Origin: Synechococcus sp.
Lineage (GTDB): Bacteria; Cyanobacteriota; Cyanobacteriia; PCC-6307; Cyanobiaceae
Length of the DNA stretch: 64,000 bases
NCBI GenBank assembly: GCA_047285535.1
Contig: JBJBDC010000001.1
Span: 2,912,136 to 2,976,135, forward strand
Reading direction: 5' to 3'
Positions 18,861-28,722 of this stretch are shown piece after piece; position 1 is the stretch's first letter, and the number at the start of each line of letters is the position of its first letter. The notes under the pieces are model-generated. The model did not search any database, was not told the DNA's origin, and saw nothing but the letters and a program-made list of their open reading frames with translations. Made by a program: the position numbers and the translations under genes.

Positions 18861-21494
18861 ATGGACAATAATCTAGAAAATAAATATTGGAAAATACCAT
18901 CAAGGCTGGTCATCGCTTCTACGATAGTAGCCTTTTTTGGCATTAATGCATGGGTTCAACAGAAAACGACTTTAGAACTGCAGCAAATACAAAATCAATC
19001 TCTCACTGAAACAGCGTACACACTTGCAAGGAATCTAACGAGAGCCCTTGTGATCGATGATTATGCCGATGTAGAAAAGAGACTTGAAGATGTTTTCAAC
19101 GAGAAAGATTATATTCAATCGATTGTGCTTACAAGGCCCAATGGGATTGATATCTTAAAGCTTAGCCGCCTTAATCCTGGTGGTTTAGTTGAGATTGAAT
19201 ATCCAAGTATGTCGCAACAGAAGACTTTTGAAGAGCCTCAAGGTAGTCAGAATAATAGACCAGTTTTAAGTAAAAAAGTATCTGTCAAAGCAGGAACGGC
19301 AAACCTTGGCTCTCTGAAGATTAACTCTTGGAAATCAACGCTTGAAAACCGAGTTGAATTGATAAAAAGTACAATTTTTCTAAGCTCCATATTCTCCATG
19401 TTGCCAGCGTTTGGTGCCATTTTCTATGCTGCTCTGACCCGCAATAGAGCTGAAGTTCATATGATTACAGAAGAGAAGAATAAGCAATTAATGAAAGCAA
19501 ATGTACTTGCAGAAAGTGCAAGTATAGCCAAAACAGAATTCCTTTCTCGAATGACCCATGAGCTTCGTACACCCATGAATGCAGTGCTAGGTATTACTCA
19601 TTTAGCTATGCAAGCAGAACCAGAAGCTCGCCAACTAAATTACCTCAGAAAAATTCAAAAGTCTGGCAATAATCTTCTTTCAATTATCAATGATATCCTT
19701 GATTTTAGTAAAATTGAAGCTGGAAAGTTGACGCTTAATCAATCAACTTTTCTTCTTGCCGAGGTTATTGATGATGTTGTTGGTCTGGTCGCAGATTCTA
19801 TCTTCAACAAAGATATTGAATTTGTTGTAGTTGTAGATCCTCGCATCCCTAACACACTTTGGGGAGATTCTTTTCGCCTTATTCAGATTCTGGTCAATTT
19901 ACTTTCAAATGCCTCAAAATTTACTGAGCATGGAACCATCAGCCTGCGCGCATCAGTTGTCGCCATCAATTCTGAGCAGACGACCCTTCAATTTTCTGTA
20001 CAGGACAGTGGTATTGGCATAAAGAAGGATCAGATCAAGACCTTGTTTGAAGACTTTCAGCAAGCAGAGCCATCAACAACTCGTAAATTTGGTGGCTCAG
20101 GCCTAGGACTCAGTATCTGTAAACATCTTGTTGAGCTGATGCAAGGAAGCATCAATGTTGAGAGTGCGCTTGGAGAGGGGTCTTGCTTCATTGTGAAGCT
20201 GCCATTCGGCGTGCTAGAGCCAGTAGCAACGTCAGAACCAGAGGAGAGGTTTAACTATAAAAATGGTTTGATACTTGCAAGCCATGACTTGCTGAAGGAG
20301 GAGGTCCAGAAAATTCTCAGGCGGTTAGGAATTAACACTGAAATTGCAAAAAATTTAGATGAAATGAGAGTTAATTGCATGACTACTTATGAGAATGCAG
20401 TCCCATACGACCTTATTCTTGTCGATCATTGTCTATTGAATGATGTTGAAGATCTAATCTTTTCCCAGGGCTCTCAAGGCCAGTTCTTGGAGGCGAAGCC
20501 AACAATTATCCTGATGACCATACCGTCTAAGTCAAGAAATTTAATTCAGCTGGATTCAAGTCTTGTTAAAGCGTCGATCTCTAAGCCGATTTTGATCGAA
20601 TCGATGAAGGCCTGCTTACAACAAATAGACACCTCAATATCCACATCTAAGTCCTATAGAAAAACAGAAAATCTAGTTGATACGGTACCAATCAATTGGA
20701 AATTTGATCAACTACGAGTTCTGCTTGTTGAAGATAACCCCATCAATGAAGAAATCTGTCGTGAGCTATTGATGAATGCTGGAATTCATGTTTTCAGCGC
20801 AATGCATGGCAAAGATGCGCTCGAGTGGCTCCAGTTAAATACACCTGCAGGTAACGGGACCACTGCCATGCCTTGTGAGGTAATTCTTATGGACTTGGAT
20901 ATGCCAATCATGAGTGGTTGGGAATGCACTCAACAAATTCGTAAAAATCCTCACTGGTCAGACATACCGATTCTGGCGATGTCGGCCCATGCCATGGAAC
21001 AGGAAAAAAGCCGATCGATGGCGATGGGTTTTCAGGACTACATCACAAAACCCTTTCATCCCAATCATCTTTACGAGCGGATTGAACATTGGAGCAGGAA
21101 GAAAAATTCCAATAGCGTGCAAAATAGTAAACTTCTCGACCAAGAATTATCGATCTCTGGAATCAATACGCAAGAAGCACTGAAACGACTTGGAGGCAAT
21201 CAGAAGCTCTATAAAAGAATGCTTAGGGCGTTTGTTCAGTCGCATGGACAAACTGGTAATACATTGTCAATGTACCTTCAACAGAATGAATGGTCAGACG
21301 CCAAAAGGCTTATTCATACCATTAAAGGCTTGGCCCTGACCCTAGGAATTACAGCCCTTGCAGATAGTTCAAAAGAGCTTGAAAAGCAATTAAAAGCCCA
21401 TCAAAGCCCTCAAGATCTCACGATAAAATTTAATCAAGATTTGATAAAATCAATTGCAGAAATCAAGCAATTTCTGGACGTTGACGAACAATGA
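18861..21494 (+). CDS. Hybrid (unorthodox) sensor histidine kinase: 2 TM, HisKA, HATPase, degenerate REC, REC, Hpt
   Basis: FLSRMTHELRTPMN; NLLSNASKFT; DSGIG; GGSGLGL; LLVEDNPIN...MDLDMP...KPF; Hpt HTIKGLA. Confidence 0.93.
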   Translation: MDNNLENKYWKIPSRLVIASTIVAFFGINAWVQQKTTLELQQIQNQSLTETAYTLARNLTRALVIDDYADVEKRLEDVFNEKDYIQSIVLTRPNGIDILKLSRLNPGGLVEIEYPSMSQQKTFEEPQGSQNNRPVLSKKVSVKAGTANLGSLKINSWKSTLENRVELIKSTIFLSSIFSMLPAFGAIFYAALTRNRAEVHMITEEKNKQLMKANVLAESASIAKTEFLSRMTHELRTPMNAVLGITHLAMQAEPEARQLNYLRKIQKSGNNLLSIINDILDFSKIEAGKLTLNQSTFLLAEVIDDVVGLVADSIFNKDIEFVVVVDPRIPNTLWGDSFRLIQILVNLLSNASKFTEHGTISLRASVVAINSEQTTLQFSVQDSGIGIKKDQIKTLFEDFQQAEPSTTRKFGGSGLGLSICKHLVELMQGSINVESALGEGSCFIVKLPFGVLEPVATSEPEERFNYKNGLILASHDLLKEEVQKILRRLGINTEIAKNLDEMRVNCMTTYENAVPYDLILVDHCLLNDVEDLIFSQGSQGQFLEAKPTIILMTIPSKSRNLIQLDSSLVKASISKPILIESMKACLQQIDTSISTSKSYRKTENLVDTVPINWKFDQLRVLLVEDNPINEEICRELLMNAGIHVFSAMHGKDALEWLQLNTPAGNGTTAMPCEVILMDLDMPIMSGWECTQQIRKNPHWSDIPILAMSAHAMEQEKSRSMAMGFQDYITKPFHPNHLYERIEHWSRKKNSNSVQNSKLLDQELSISGINTQEALKRLGGNQKLYKRMLRAFVQSHGQTGNTLSMYLQQNEWSDAKRLIHTIKGLALTLGITALADSSKELEKQLKAHQSPQDLTIKFNQDLIKSIAEIKQFLDVDEQ

Positions 21495-21523
21495 TGGGGT
21501 CTGTTTTGAGATAGTTTAAGGCA

Positions 21524-21925
21524 TTATTGGCATTTGCAATGGTCTTCGATGCATTGCTTTAAAGCAGTTTTGCTAACAGGCTTCACAAGGACCTCTGCCA
21601 TTCCCGCCTGTAGGCATGTCTCTAATTCATCATCAGCACCGGTGATGCCTACGATTGCTAATTCTCCAAATCTGGCATGGTTTTTGATCATTTGAGTAGC
21701 CTCTAAGCCATTCATTCCGCGCATCATCACATCCATGAAGATGATCTCCCACTCACCCGTTATTGCTGTTTCAACAGCATCCTCACCATTATTGACCACA
21801 GTGACCTGACAATTGAGCTCTTCCAGTAACTCTGCCGTCAACTCTGCAATAATGGCATCATCTTCAACAAGCAGTACGCGATAGCGTTGGTCATTTTGAT
21901 TATTCCATGGAAATTGATTTTCCAT
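21524..21925 (-). CDS. Single-domain (CheY-like) response regulator
   Basis: LLVEDD, IFMDVMM, ITG, KPV; no output domain. Confidence 0.88.
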   Translation of the reverse strand: MENQFPWNNQNDQRYRVLLVEDDAIIAELTAELLEELNCQVTVVNNGEDAVETAITGEWEIIFMDVMMRGMNGLEATQMIKNHARFGELAIVGITGADDELETCLQAGMAEVLVKPVSKTALKQCIEDHCKCQ

Positions 21926-22334
21926 TGATCAACACTTGAAAATGGGTGCTTTAATCAATATTAAAGCATAAATAGTTACGGCAAGTCAATATGAGAGTAT
22001 TTGGTTTACATGTTTCTTGAGCCGGTTTGCTTTCATGTGAATTGAGCTTGATTTTCAGTGTTTTGCCTTAAACCTGTAGGGATGCTGTCTCGACTGATTT
22101 GTTAACCATTTCATGACCGTACAACACGTGCTAGTTAAGGCGATTCTTTCTTTTCATGGCTTCTTGCTGGCAACATGACAATGACTTGATCGCAATTGTA
22201 TTGAGATTGTTGAGACACAATGTTCGGGCATGGTTCTTCGATTTAAGGCGAGAGCCTTGATGGCTTAGGGTGGCTGATGTGCTTGGAATATTTTTGATGT
22301 TTCGGATCTTGCCTTGACAAGAGCAAAGTAATCT

Positions 22335-22810
22335 TGATTTTGTGCTCCAGTTACTGGTGTGAGTAATGATTCCTCTGTAATAATTATTGTCGCTCCTTGT
22401 AGTCTCTGTTGGGTTCTGAACAGAAAGATGATCTTTGGCTCTCTTGAGATTTCATTGAAGAGAGGTGATGGTGGGTTGTGATTGAGTGATGATATTTTTG
22501 AAAAGCAATCCCAAGGGGATGCTGCTTTGTCTGTGACATTCTAGCCAATCTTGGTTGGCTAGAATGTCAAGAGGTTTTGTTGAAACTGGATTGAAGTTAG
22601 AGGTCTGTTTGTGTGCGCTCAAGGATTGTTCGCCAGAGTACTCTGAAAGGTTGGCATGTGATGGGCCTACGAAAATTGTTCAAGTAAGCTGTCACTTATC
22701 TGCCAGTTGCTCTTGATGACTCGTGGGCTAAGAGAGAACCTAATCAATACGGCGTGAGAATCAAGACTGTTTGACTGATTCTCTGGATAGAGTTGGTTTT
22801 GGCGATAGAA
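22335..22810 (+). pseudogene. Decayed duplicate of the two small genes at about 17056-17511
   Basis: 20-nt identity GAGATTTCATTGAAGAGAGG (17150 vs 22446); MGLRKSFKQ (17362) vs MGLRKLFK* (22661, CAA>TAA); GAACCTAGTCAATACGG vs GAACCTAATCAATACGG; offset about 5.3 kb throughout. Confidence 0.85.
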
Positions 22811-22931
22811 CGATTGATTGAACCATGAATAGGCTGTTGAATTGATTGCGAAGTATGGTTTGAGATGAAGATTGATTCCCTTGAAGCTCTAGGGCAAAAG
22901 CACTAGAGTTAACTTTTAATCGGAAGCCATT

Positions 22932-23195
22932 TTGAGTAAAGCTAGCATCCGTCGTTTTATCTTTACCCTGATTACAGGCTACTTGGCTATTTTTGGTGTT
23001 CAGCAGGTTCCTTATGAGTTTCCGAATCAATGGGTCGTACTCATTCCTGTTTTAATCGTCGTCTATATCATAACGGTGTGGCTGGATGGTGTATTTTTTA
23101 AAGATGAGGAGCCTCCACAAAAGATTGCTCCTGATCTGAAAAAGAAAAAGGATCGCAGGCTTGGAAGGAAATCCACAGGATTTGGTGATTCATGA
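22932..23195 (+). CDS. Small 2-TM hypothetical membrane protein
   Basis: Two hydrophobic segments and a basic tail ending GFG. Confidence 0.65.
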   Translation: MSKASIRRFIFTLITGYLAIFGVQQVPYEFPNQWVVLIPVLIVVYIITVWLDGVFFKDEEPPQKIAPDLKKKKDRRLGRKSTGFGDS

Positions 23196-23483
23196 CTTGA
23201 GGACTTGTTTGCATGCATTGAGGATTGAACTTTAATGTCATTGATCTCGATATTCGTTGAATCATGTATCGCTGAAAAATGATTGCTTGAGGTGTGTGAA
23301 AGTTGAATTCGTTTGGTAATACTTTTTTAAGCTTTTGCCATGGTATTTCTTTCTCTTGGGGAGGGTATTGTTGATGTTTAGCCAGTGTTGGTATTAAAAA
23401 ACCTTGCTTCTCTGGAAAAAAGAGAAACAAGGTTTTGATGCTGAGCCAAAGAGAAAGTTTTGCGATCCCTTGAAAAGTTGGAT

Positions 23484-24092
23484 CTACACTTTCCTTGAGT
23501 AGTACTCCACCACCAGCAGTTCGTTGATCTCCAGGGCGACCCATTCGCGTTCAGCGCGGCCAATGACCTTGGCGCTGAGTTTGGGTTTGTCGAGTTCAAG
23601 ATGAGGCGGCACGTTGGCCAAGCCTGGAAATTGGAGGTTGGCTTCAGCAAGGAGCTTGCTGCACTTGCGTTCGCGGATTGCGATCACATCACCTGCTTTG
23701 CACTGATAACTGGCAATGTCGGTCACTCGTCCATTGACTGTGACGTGTCCATGGTTCACCAATTGCCGTGCACCGGGCACGGTTGGTCCAAAGCCAAGAC
23801 GGAAACATACATTGTCGAGGCGATTCTCGAGCAGTTTGAGCAGGTTTGTTCCTGTTGAGCCTTCCTGAGCACGCGCTTTCTTCACGTAGCGCACGAGTTG
23901 TCGTTCAGAAACGCCGTAGTTGAAGCGAAGCTTTTGCTTTTCTTCTAAGCGAATTGCGTATTCGGAGCGCTTGCGACGGGCTTGGCCGTGCTGACCAGGT
24001 GGATAGGACCGTTTAGCGGCCTTCCGGGTGAGACCGGGTAGGTCTCCCAAGCGCCGCGTGATCCTCAGGCGAGGGCCGCGGTATCTGGACAT
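23484..24092 (-). CDS. rpsD: 30S ribosomal protein S4
   Basis: [10 protein letters not shown]...LENRLDN...ARQLVNHGH...LVVEYYSR. Confidence 0.99.
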   Translation of the reverse strand: MSRYRGPRLRITRRLGDLPGLTRKAAKRSYPPGQHGQARRKRSEYAIRLEEKQKLRFNYGVSERQLVRYVKKARAQEGSTGTNLLKLLENRLDNVCFRLGFGPTVPGARQLVNHGHVTVNGRVTDIASYQCKAGDVIAIRERKCSKLLAEANLQFPGLANVPPHLELDKPKLSAKVIGRAEREWVALEINELLVVEYYSRKV

Positions 24093-24173
24093 AGGAAAAT
24101 CAATGTAGAAAATGGGTTCGCGCTAGACCGAGAATCCGTCATGCTGGGTAAGTGGCCCGCACTGCGGAATCGC

Positions 24174-24440
24174 ATGCACGAATTGAACATCTTATCGGGC
24201 GGCAGTCCGAACCCCATTAATCGTGCAATCAGCGCGATGTTGCTGGCATTGATCAGGTTGTATCGCCATTGGATTTCTCCTCTGCTTGGCCCCCGTTGTC
24301 GGTTTATTCCTAGTTGTAGTGCCTATGGCATTGAGGCGATTGAACGTCATGGTCCTTGGCGGGGAGGTTGGTTGACGTTCCGTCGGCTTTTGCGTTGTCA
24401 TCCTTTTACTCCCTGTGGTTGTGACCCTGTCCCGGATTGA
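24174..24440 (+). CDS. yidD: Membrane protein insertion efficiency factor
   Basis: [10 protein letters not shown]...RCHPF...DPVP. Confidence 0.93.
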   Translation: MHELNILSGGSPNPINRAISAMLLALIRLYRHWISPLLGPRCRFIPSCSAYGIEAIERHGPWRGGWLTFRRLLRCHPFTPCGCDPVPD

Positions 24441-24729
24441 TTCTCGTCGCTTAATTCTTTACAGCCGTTCTGGTTGTTGTCTTTGCGAGGGGCTTGAGCA
24501 GCGCTTGCGGGCTCTCAACCTTGATCAAGGTCAACATCCCTTGCAGCTGGTTGTTTTTGACATCGATGCTCCAGAGTTCTCTGCGGCATTGAAAGCCCGA
24601 TATGACGTCGAGGTGCCTGTCTTGGCTCTAGAAGAAACAGAGCTGCCTCGTGTGTCTCCCAGGCTGAGTGGTGATGGACTCTTGCATTGGTTGCAGAGGG
24701 TTTGCGCGATTGCGTCAGGTTCGGATTAG
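24415..24729 (+). CDS. Glutaredoxin-like protein (DUF836 type)
   Basis: [13 protein letters not shown]xxC motif; YDVEVPVL. Confidence 0.8.
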   Translation: MVVTLSRIDSRRLILYSRSGCCLCEGLEQRLRALNLDQGQHPLQLVVFDIDAPEFSAALKARYDVEVPVLALEETELPRVSPRLSGDGLLHWLQRVCAIASGSD

Positions 24730-24754
24730 AACACCCATCTGTGGTGACCTAGCG

Positions 24755-26293
24755 ATGACCCAGACACTCCACGCCTTGCTTCATTCGGTGGGTTTTCCTG
24801 TGCCCCAGAGCGTGGCCGATGTAGTGATCGAATCAATCACCTGTGATTCTCGGTGTGTGCGCCCTGGGAGTCTTTTTATCGGTCTTCCCGGCGGGCGTGT
24901 CGATGGAGGAAGCTTCTGGCCCCAGGCTCTTGCTGATGGGGCTGCAGCAGTCCTGATTGGCTCAGACGCAGCTGCCGCGAGGCCTCCTCGACAGAGCGAC
25001 GCTGTGCTGGTTGTGTCTGATCCAGTTGCTCGCTGGGCCGGTGAGTTAGCAGCCGCTTTCTGGAATCACCCCAGTGATCGCATCGGTTTGATTGGAGTCA
25101 CGGGCACCAACGGCAAAACCACGACTACCCATCTTATTGAACATTTGAGCTCGGCCTGCGGGCGTCCTTCCGCCCTGTTTGGAACGCTTCTGAATCGCTG
25201 GCCTGGCCACAGCGTCACGGCGACCCACACCACAGCGGTGGCTGATCGGCTGCAGGCTCAGCTTGCTGAAGCCTCTGCCGCTGGCGCGCAGTTAACGGCG
25301 ATGGAGGTCAGCTCCCACGCCCTTGATCAACATCGGGTCGCTGGATGCCGTTTTTCCGGCGCTGTGTTTACCAACCTCACCCAGGACCATCTCGATTACC
25401 ACGAGACGATGGCGGCTTATTTCGAAGCCAAAGCTCGTCTGTTTGCGCCACCGCTTTCGCCGCCACTGAATGCTGATCATGGCGCTCAATTTGTGGTCAA
25501 TGTGGACGATCCTTGGGGCAAACAACTAGCGGAGCGGTTGGGAGATCGCTGTTGGCGGAGTTCGCTGTCAGAGGGCTCAATTCACGCAGAATTGACAATT
25601 TCAGAGTTGGTGATGGGCCCCTCCGGGGTCGAAGGTCGTTTGTCCAGTCCTCGGGGTGAGGGCTCCTTCCATTCCCCGCTGTTGGGCCGCTTCAATCTGA
25701 TGAACCTTTTGCAGGCCGTCGGGGTCTTGCTTCAGCAAGGTCTTCCTTTGGAGTCGCTTCTGAAAGCAATCAGCACATTCCCAGGTGTTCCCGGTCGAAT
25801 GGAACGGGTTGTTTTGGCCTCAACTCTTGAAGCGCTGCCCACGGTCTTGGTGGATTACGCGCACACTCCTGATGGTTTAAGCAGCGCATTGAGGGCGTGT
25901 CGCCCCTTCGTGGACGGCAAACTGATCTGTGTGTTTGGGTGTGGTGGTGATAGGGACCGTGGCAAGCGTCCGCAGATGGCTGAGATTGCGGCAGAGCTTG
26001 CTGATTGTGTGGTGGTGACCTCTGATAATCCACGCACAGAAGATCCTCAACAAATCCTGGATGATGTTGTCAATGGAATTCCCAGCGGTACTGATTTGGC
26101 TGTGAGGCTGGATCGTGCTGAAGCTATTGCTGGAGCCATTCAGGATGCAGGGCCTAAGGATCTTGTTCTGATTGCCGGGAAAGGTCATGAGGATTATCAA
26201 ATTCTGGGTACCCAAAAAGTTCATTTTGATGACCGTGAACACGCTCTGGAGGCCTTGCAGCAAAAGTATTCAAGTAATGAATCGGCTGATTGA
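24755..26293 (+). CDS. murE: UDP-MurNAc-tripeptide synthetase (meso-DAP ligase)
   Basis: [41 protein letters not shown]. Confidence 0.97.
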   Translation: MTQTLHALLHSVGFPVPQSVADVVIESITCDSRCVRPGSLFIGLPGGRVDGGSFWPQALADGAAAVLIGSDAAAARPPRQSDAVLVVSDPVARWAGELAAAFWNHPSDRIGLIGVTGTNGKTTTTHLIEHLSSACGRPSALFGTLLNRWPGHSVTATHTTAVADRLQAQLAEASAAGAQLTAMEVSSHALDQHRVAGCRFSGAVFTNLTQDHLDYHETMAAYFEAKARLFAPPLSPPLNADHGAQFVVNVDDPWGKQLAERLGDRCWRSSLSEGSIHAELTISELVMGPSGVEGRLSSPRGEGSFHSPLLGRFNLMNLLQAVGVLLQQGLPLESLLKAISTFPGVPGRMERVVLASTLEALPTVLVDYAHTPDGLSSALRACRPFVDGKLICVFGCGGDRDRGKRPQMAEIAAELADCVVVTSDNPRTEDPQQILDDVVNGIPSGTDLAVRLDRAEAIAGAIQDAGPKDLVLIAGKGHEDYQILGTQKVHFDDREHALEALQQKYSSNESAD

Positions 26294-26309
26294 TTGCTTG
26301 AGTTGTGGT

Positions 26310-27461
26310 TTAGCTAGGGTAATAGAAAAATGCTGCTCCAAAGATTGAAAACATTCCTAGAAGTAAGACTCCCTCTAGCCAATTCGATTGAGCATCCATA
26401 TTTACCAGATTTACGATTAATACACTAAATAATAATGCTATGACTTCAAATGCTGTGAAGTCGAGATTCATTGGTTGGCCGATAAGTGAGCCAATGATGA
26501 TCAGAGCCGGCGCAATCAGTAAAGCAACGAGTAAGCTGGATCCCATGGCTAGTGAAATGGGAAGGTCCATTTGGTTTTTCCATGCTCCTTTGACTGCTGG
26601 CACATATTCTGAAAAACCACCAATAATTGGAATGATAATAATTCCAGTGAATAAAGGACTGAATCCCAATTGTTCGGTGGCAGGCTCAAGAAAATGAACA
26701 AAGCTCTCTGATTGATAAGCTAAGAACGCAGTGCTAGCAATCAATTGGATAATCCAGGCCATTAAATTTGTGCTGCCTTTCACGTCTGATTGTGCAGACG
26801 AAGTTGTTGCGTCGTCCTTCAGGTGATGAGGATCAAACAGATGGCTATGGGTTGCGAGCGAAAAGATGAGGGTCATGAAATAGATGACCATGAGAATCAC
26901 GGCCACTGTTATTGATAAACCGTGAATTGCGACTGGGTCATCAATGCCTGATGTGCTGATGAGAGAGGCAGGGAGTGCCATGGCCATCACGGCTAAAGTC
27001 ATTGCGGCACCATTTGTTCGAACCATGGTGGCTTGAAAGCTTTGTTCGCTATATCTCAGGCCTCCAATCAGCATCGCAATGCCTGTTACAAGCAGAAGGT
27101 CAGAGAGAATCGCGCCAGTAATGCTTGCCTTGACAACATCAATAAGCCCCATTCTGAGGGCAGATAAGGCAATAATAAATTCAGCACAGTTTCCAAAGAC
27201 TGCTGTGCAAATTGCTCCTATGGTAGGTCCACTATGTTCTGAAATCTCTTCTGTAGCATCACTCAGCAAGAGAGCAATTGGAATAATTCCTGCTGCTGAA
27301 AGGATGAAACAAATAATGGTAGGCCAACCTAGGCTTCTCGCTAATTGCGTCAAGACAAGCATGGTTAGCGCTGGTAATAATTTCCATCGACCAGATTCGA
27401 TAAATGAGTTGAGTGGACTCATCTCGTTCTTGTTTTCTGAACTGATTTTATTTGTTAGCAT
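26310..27461 (-). CDS. chaA: Ca2+(cation)/H+ antiporter, CAX/ChaA family
   Basis: alpha-1 repeat GNCAE; alpha-2 repeat GGFSEY (atypical); SLATH; MGSSL; SNWLEG; about 11 TM. Confidence 0.88.
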   Translation of the reverse strand: MLTNKISSENKNEMSPLNSFIESGRWKLLPALTMLVLTQLARSLGWPTIICFILSAAGIIPIALLLSDATEEISEHSGPTIGAICTAVFGNCAEFIIALSALRMGLIDVVKASITGAILSDLLLVTGIAMLIGGLRYSEQSFQATMVRTNGAAMTLAVMAMALPASLISTSGIDDPVAIHGLSITVAVILMVIYFMTLIFSLATHSHLFDPHHLKDDATTSSAQSDVKGSTNLMAWIIQLIASTAFLAYQSESFVHFLEPATEQLGFSPLFTGIIIIPIIGGFSEYVPAVKGAWKNQMDLPISLAMGSSLLVALLIAPALIIIGSLIGQPMNLDFTAFEVIALLFSVLIVNLVNMDAQSNWLEGVLLLGMFSIFGAAFFYYPS

Positions 27462-27515
27462 CTATTTTGTGTTGTTTTGACTGTTGAATCGACAGGTTTT
27501 GATGCTGGGATTTGA

Positions 27516-28676
27516 TCATGGCTCCCATTGTTGCGAGCCAAAAAAGGTGAGTTCAACATAGTCACTTGCTTGTTTCTTGTTTGTCAAGAAATCAAGCTTA
27601 AATCCGCCTAGATCAACTTTTTTGAGCGACCTGAGAGCCGTGATTAACTTCTCTCTGGTGAGTTGGCCTTTCACTCTTTTTAAGCCCTCTGTTAATAATT
27701 TAGCGGCTATGAATCCTTCTAGACTGGTGTATCCGAATTTTGCAGAGGGATTGTTGTCACGCATCAGCCGTTGATAGTCTGCGACAATTGGAATCCATCG
27801 ATCCCAGGGGAATGGAACAACTTGACTGACCCCGATCCCATTCGCTTGCCCGACAGGCAGAGAATTTTCGAGTGCTCTAGTGCCCACAAAAGAAACGTTC
27901 ATAATCTGAGCTTTGATGTTATGTCGCAACAATGCCTTGCTTAATGCTGCTGAGCTTACATAAGTTGAAATGATAATAACGGCATTGGGTTGAGCCTCTT
28001 TAAGGATTTTAAGTGCAGGTTTAATTTGTGCAGAATTTCTTTGAACAGTTGCAACCGCAACAGGTTTGAGGCCATGTTGTTTGATGGCTAATTCTGCCGA
28101 CCGTAGCCCGTCTTTGCCAAAGGCATCATCTTGATAGATAATTGCGATTTTTTGCCGTGCGTTGCGAACAAGGCTGTCAACAATTTTGTCTATTTCCATC
28201 TTGTAGCTGGCTCGTAGATTGACCACCATCTTCAGGTTGTTGTTTCGAAGCAGAGTCGCGCCCGTCAGAGGAGCTATGAGTGGCACCTTCTTTGCTTCAA
28301 TTAATGGGAGTATTTCCTTGGTTGTTGGTGTGCCTACATATCCAAATAATGCCAAAAGATTAGGCTTTGCAAGTAAAGACTTTGTATTGACAATAGTCAT
28401 CTCTGGCTCGTATTGATCATCGAGGCTGATTAGTTTGATTTTTTTTCCATTGATTCCTCCGGTTCGATTGACTTCATTAAACCAGGCATTAGCGCCAGTC
28501 TTGTATTTTTGGCCAATTTGAGCTGATGGGCCACTGAGCGGAAGTGATTGGCCAAGAAGGATCATATTTTGGCCTTCAGAGGATGTTTGTCGTGTGCTCT
28601 GTTGAGCCGAGGCTGACATAATCGATACAGAAATTCCAATAGCGATGAAGGCATTTCTTATCACTCCCTTCTCCAT
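27516..28676 (-). CDS. Type I (LIV-BP-like) periplasmic binding protein, orphan
   Basis: Signal peptide ...SIMSASA; LGQSLPLSGP, GGINGKKI, DDQYEP, GYVGTPT, YQDDAFG, SLEGF. Confidence 0.88.
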   Translation of the reverse strand: MEKGVIRNAFIAIGISVSIMSASAQQSTRQTSSEGQNMILLGQSLPLSGPSAQIGQKYKTGANAWFNEVNRTGGINGKKIKLISLDDQYEPEMTIVNTKSLLAKPNLLALFGYVGTPTTKEILPLIEAKKVPLIAPLTGATLLRNNNLKMVVNLRASYKMEIDKIVDSLVRNARQKIAIIYQDDAFGKDGLRSAELAIKQHGLKPVAVATVQRNSAQIKPALKILKEAQPNAVIIISTYVSSAALSKALLRHNIKAQIMNVSFVGTRALENSLPVGQANGIGVSQVVPFPWDRWIPIVADYQRLMRDNNPSAKFGYTSLEGFIAAKLLTEGLKRVKGQLTREKLITALRSLKKVDLGGFKLDFLTNKKQASDYVELTFFGSQQWEP

Positions 28677-28722
28677 ATGCTTATACAATGAAGGATTCGT
28701 TTGAATTGGTACTTTTGGTTCC

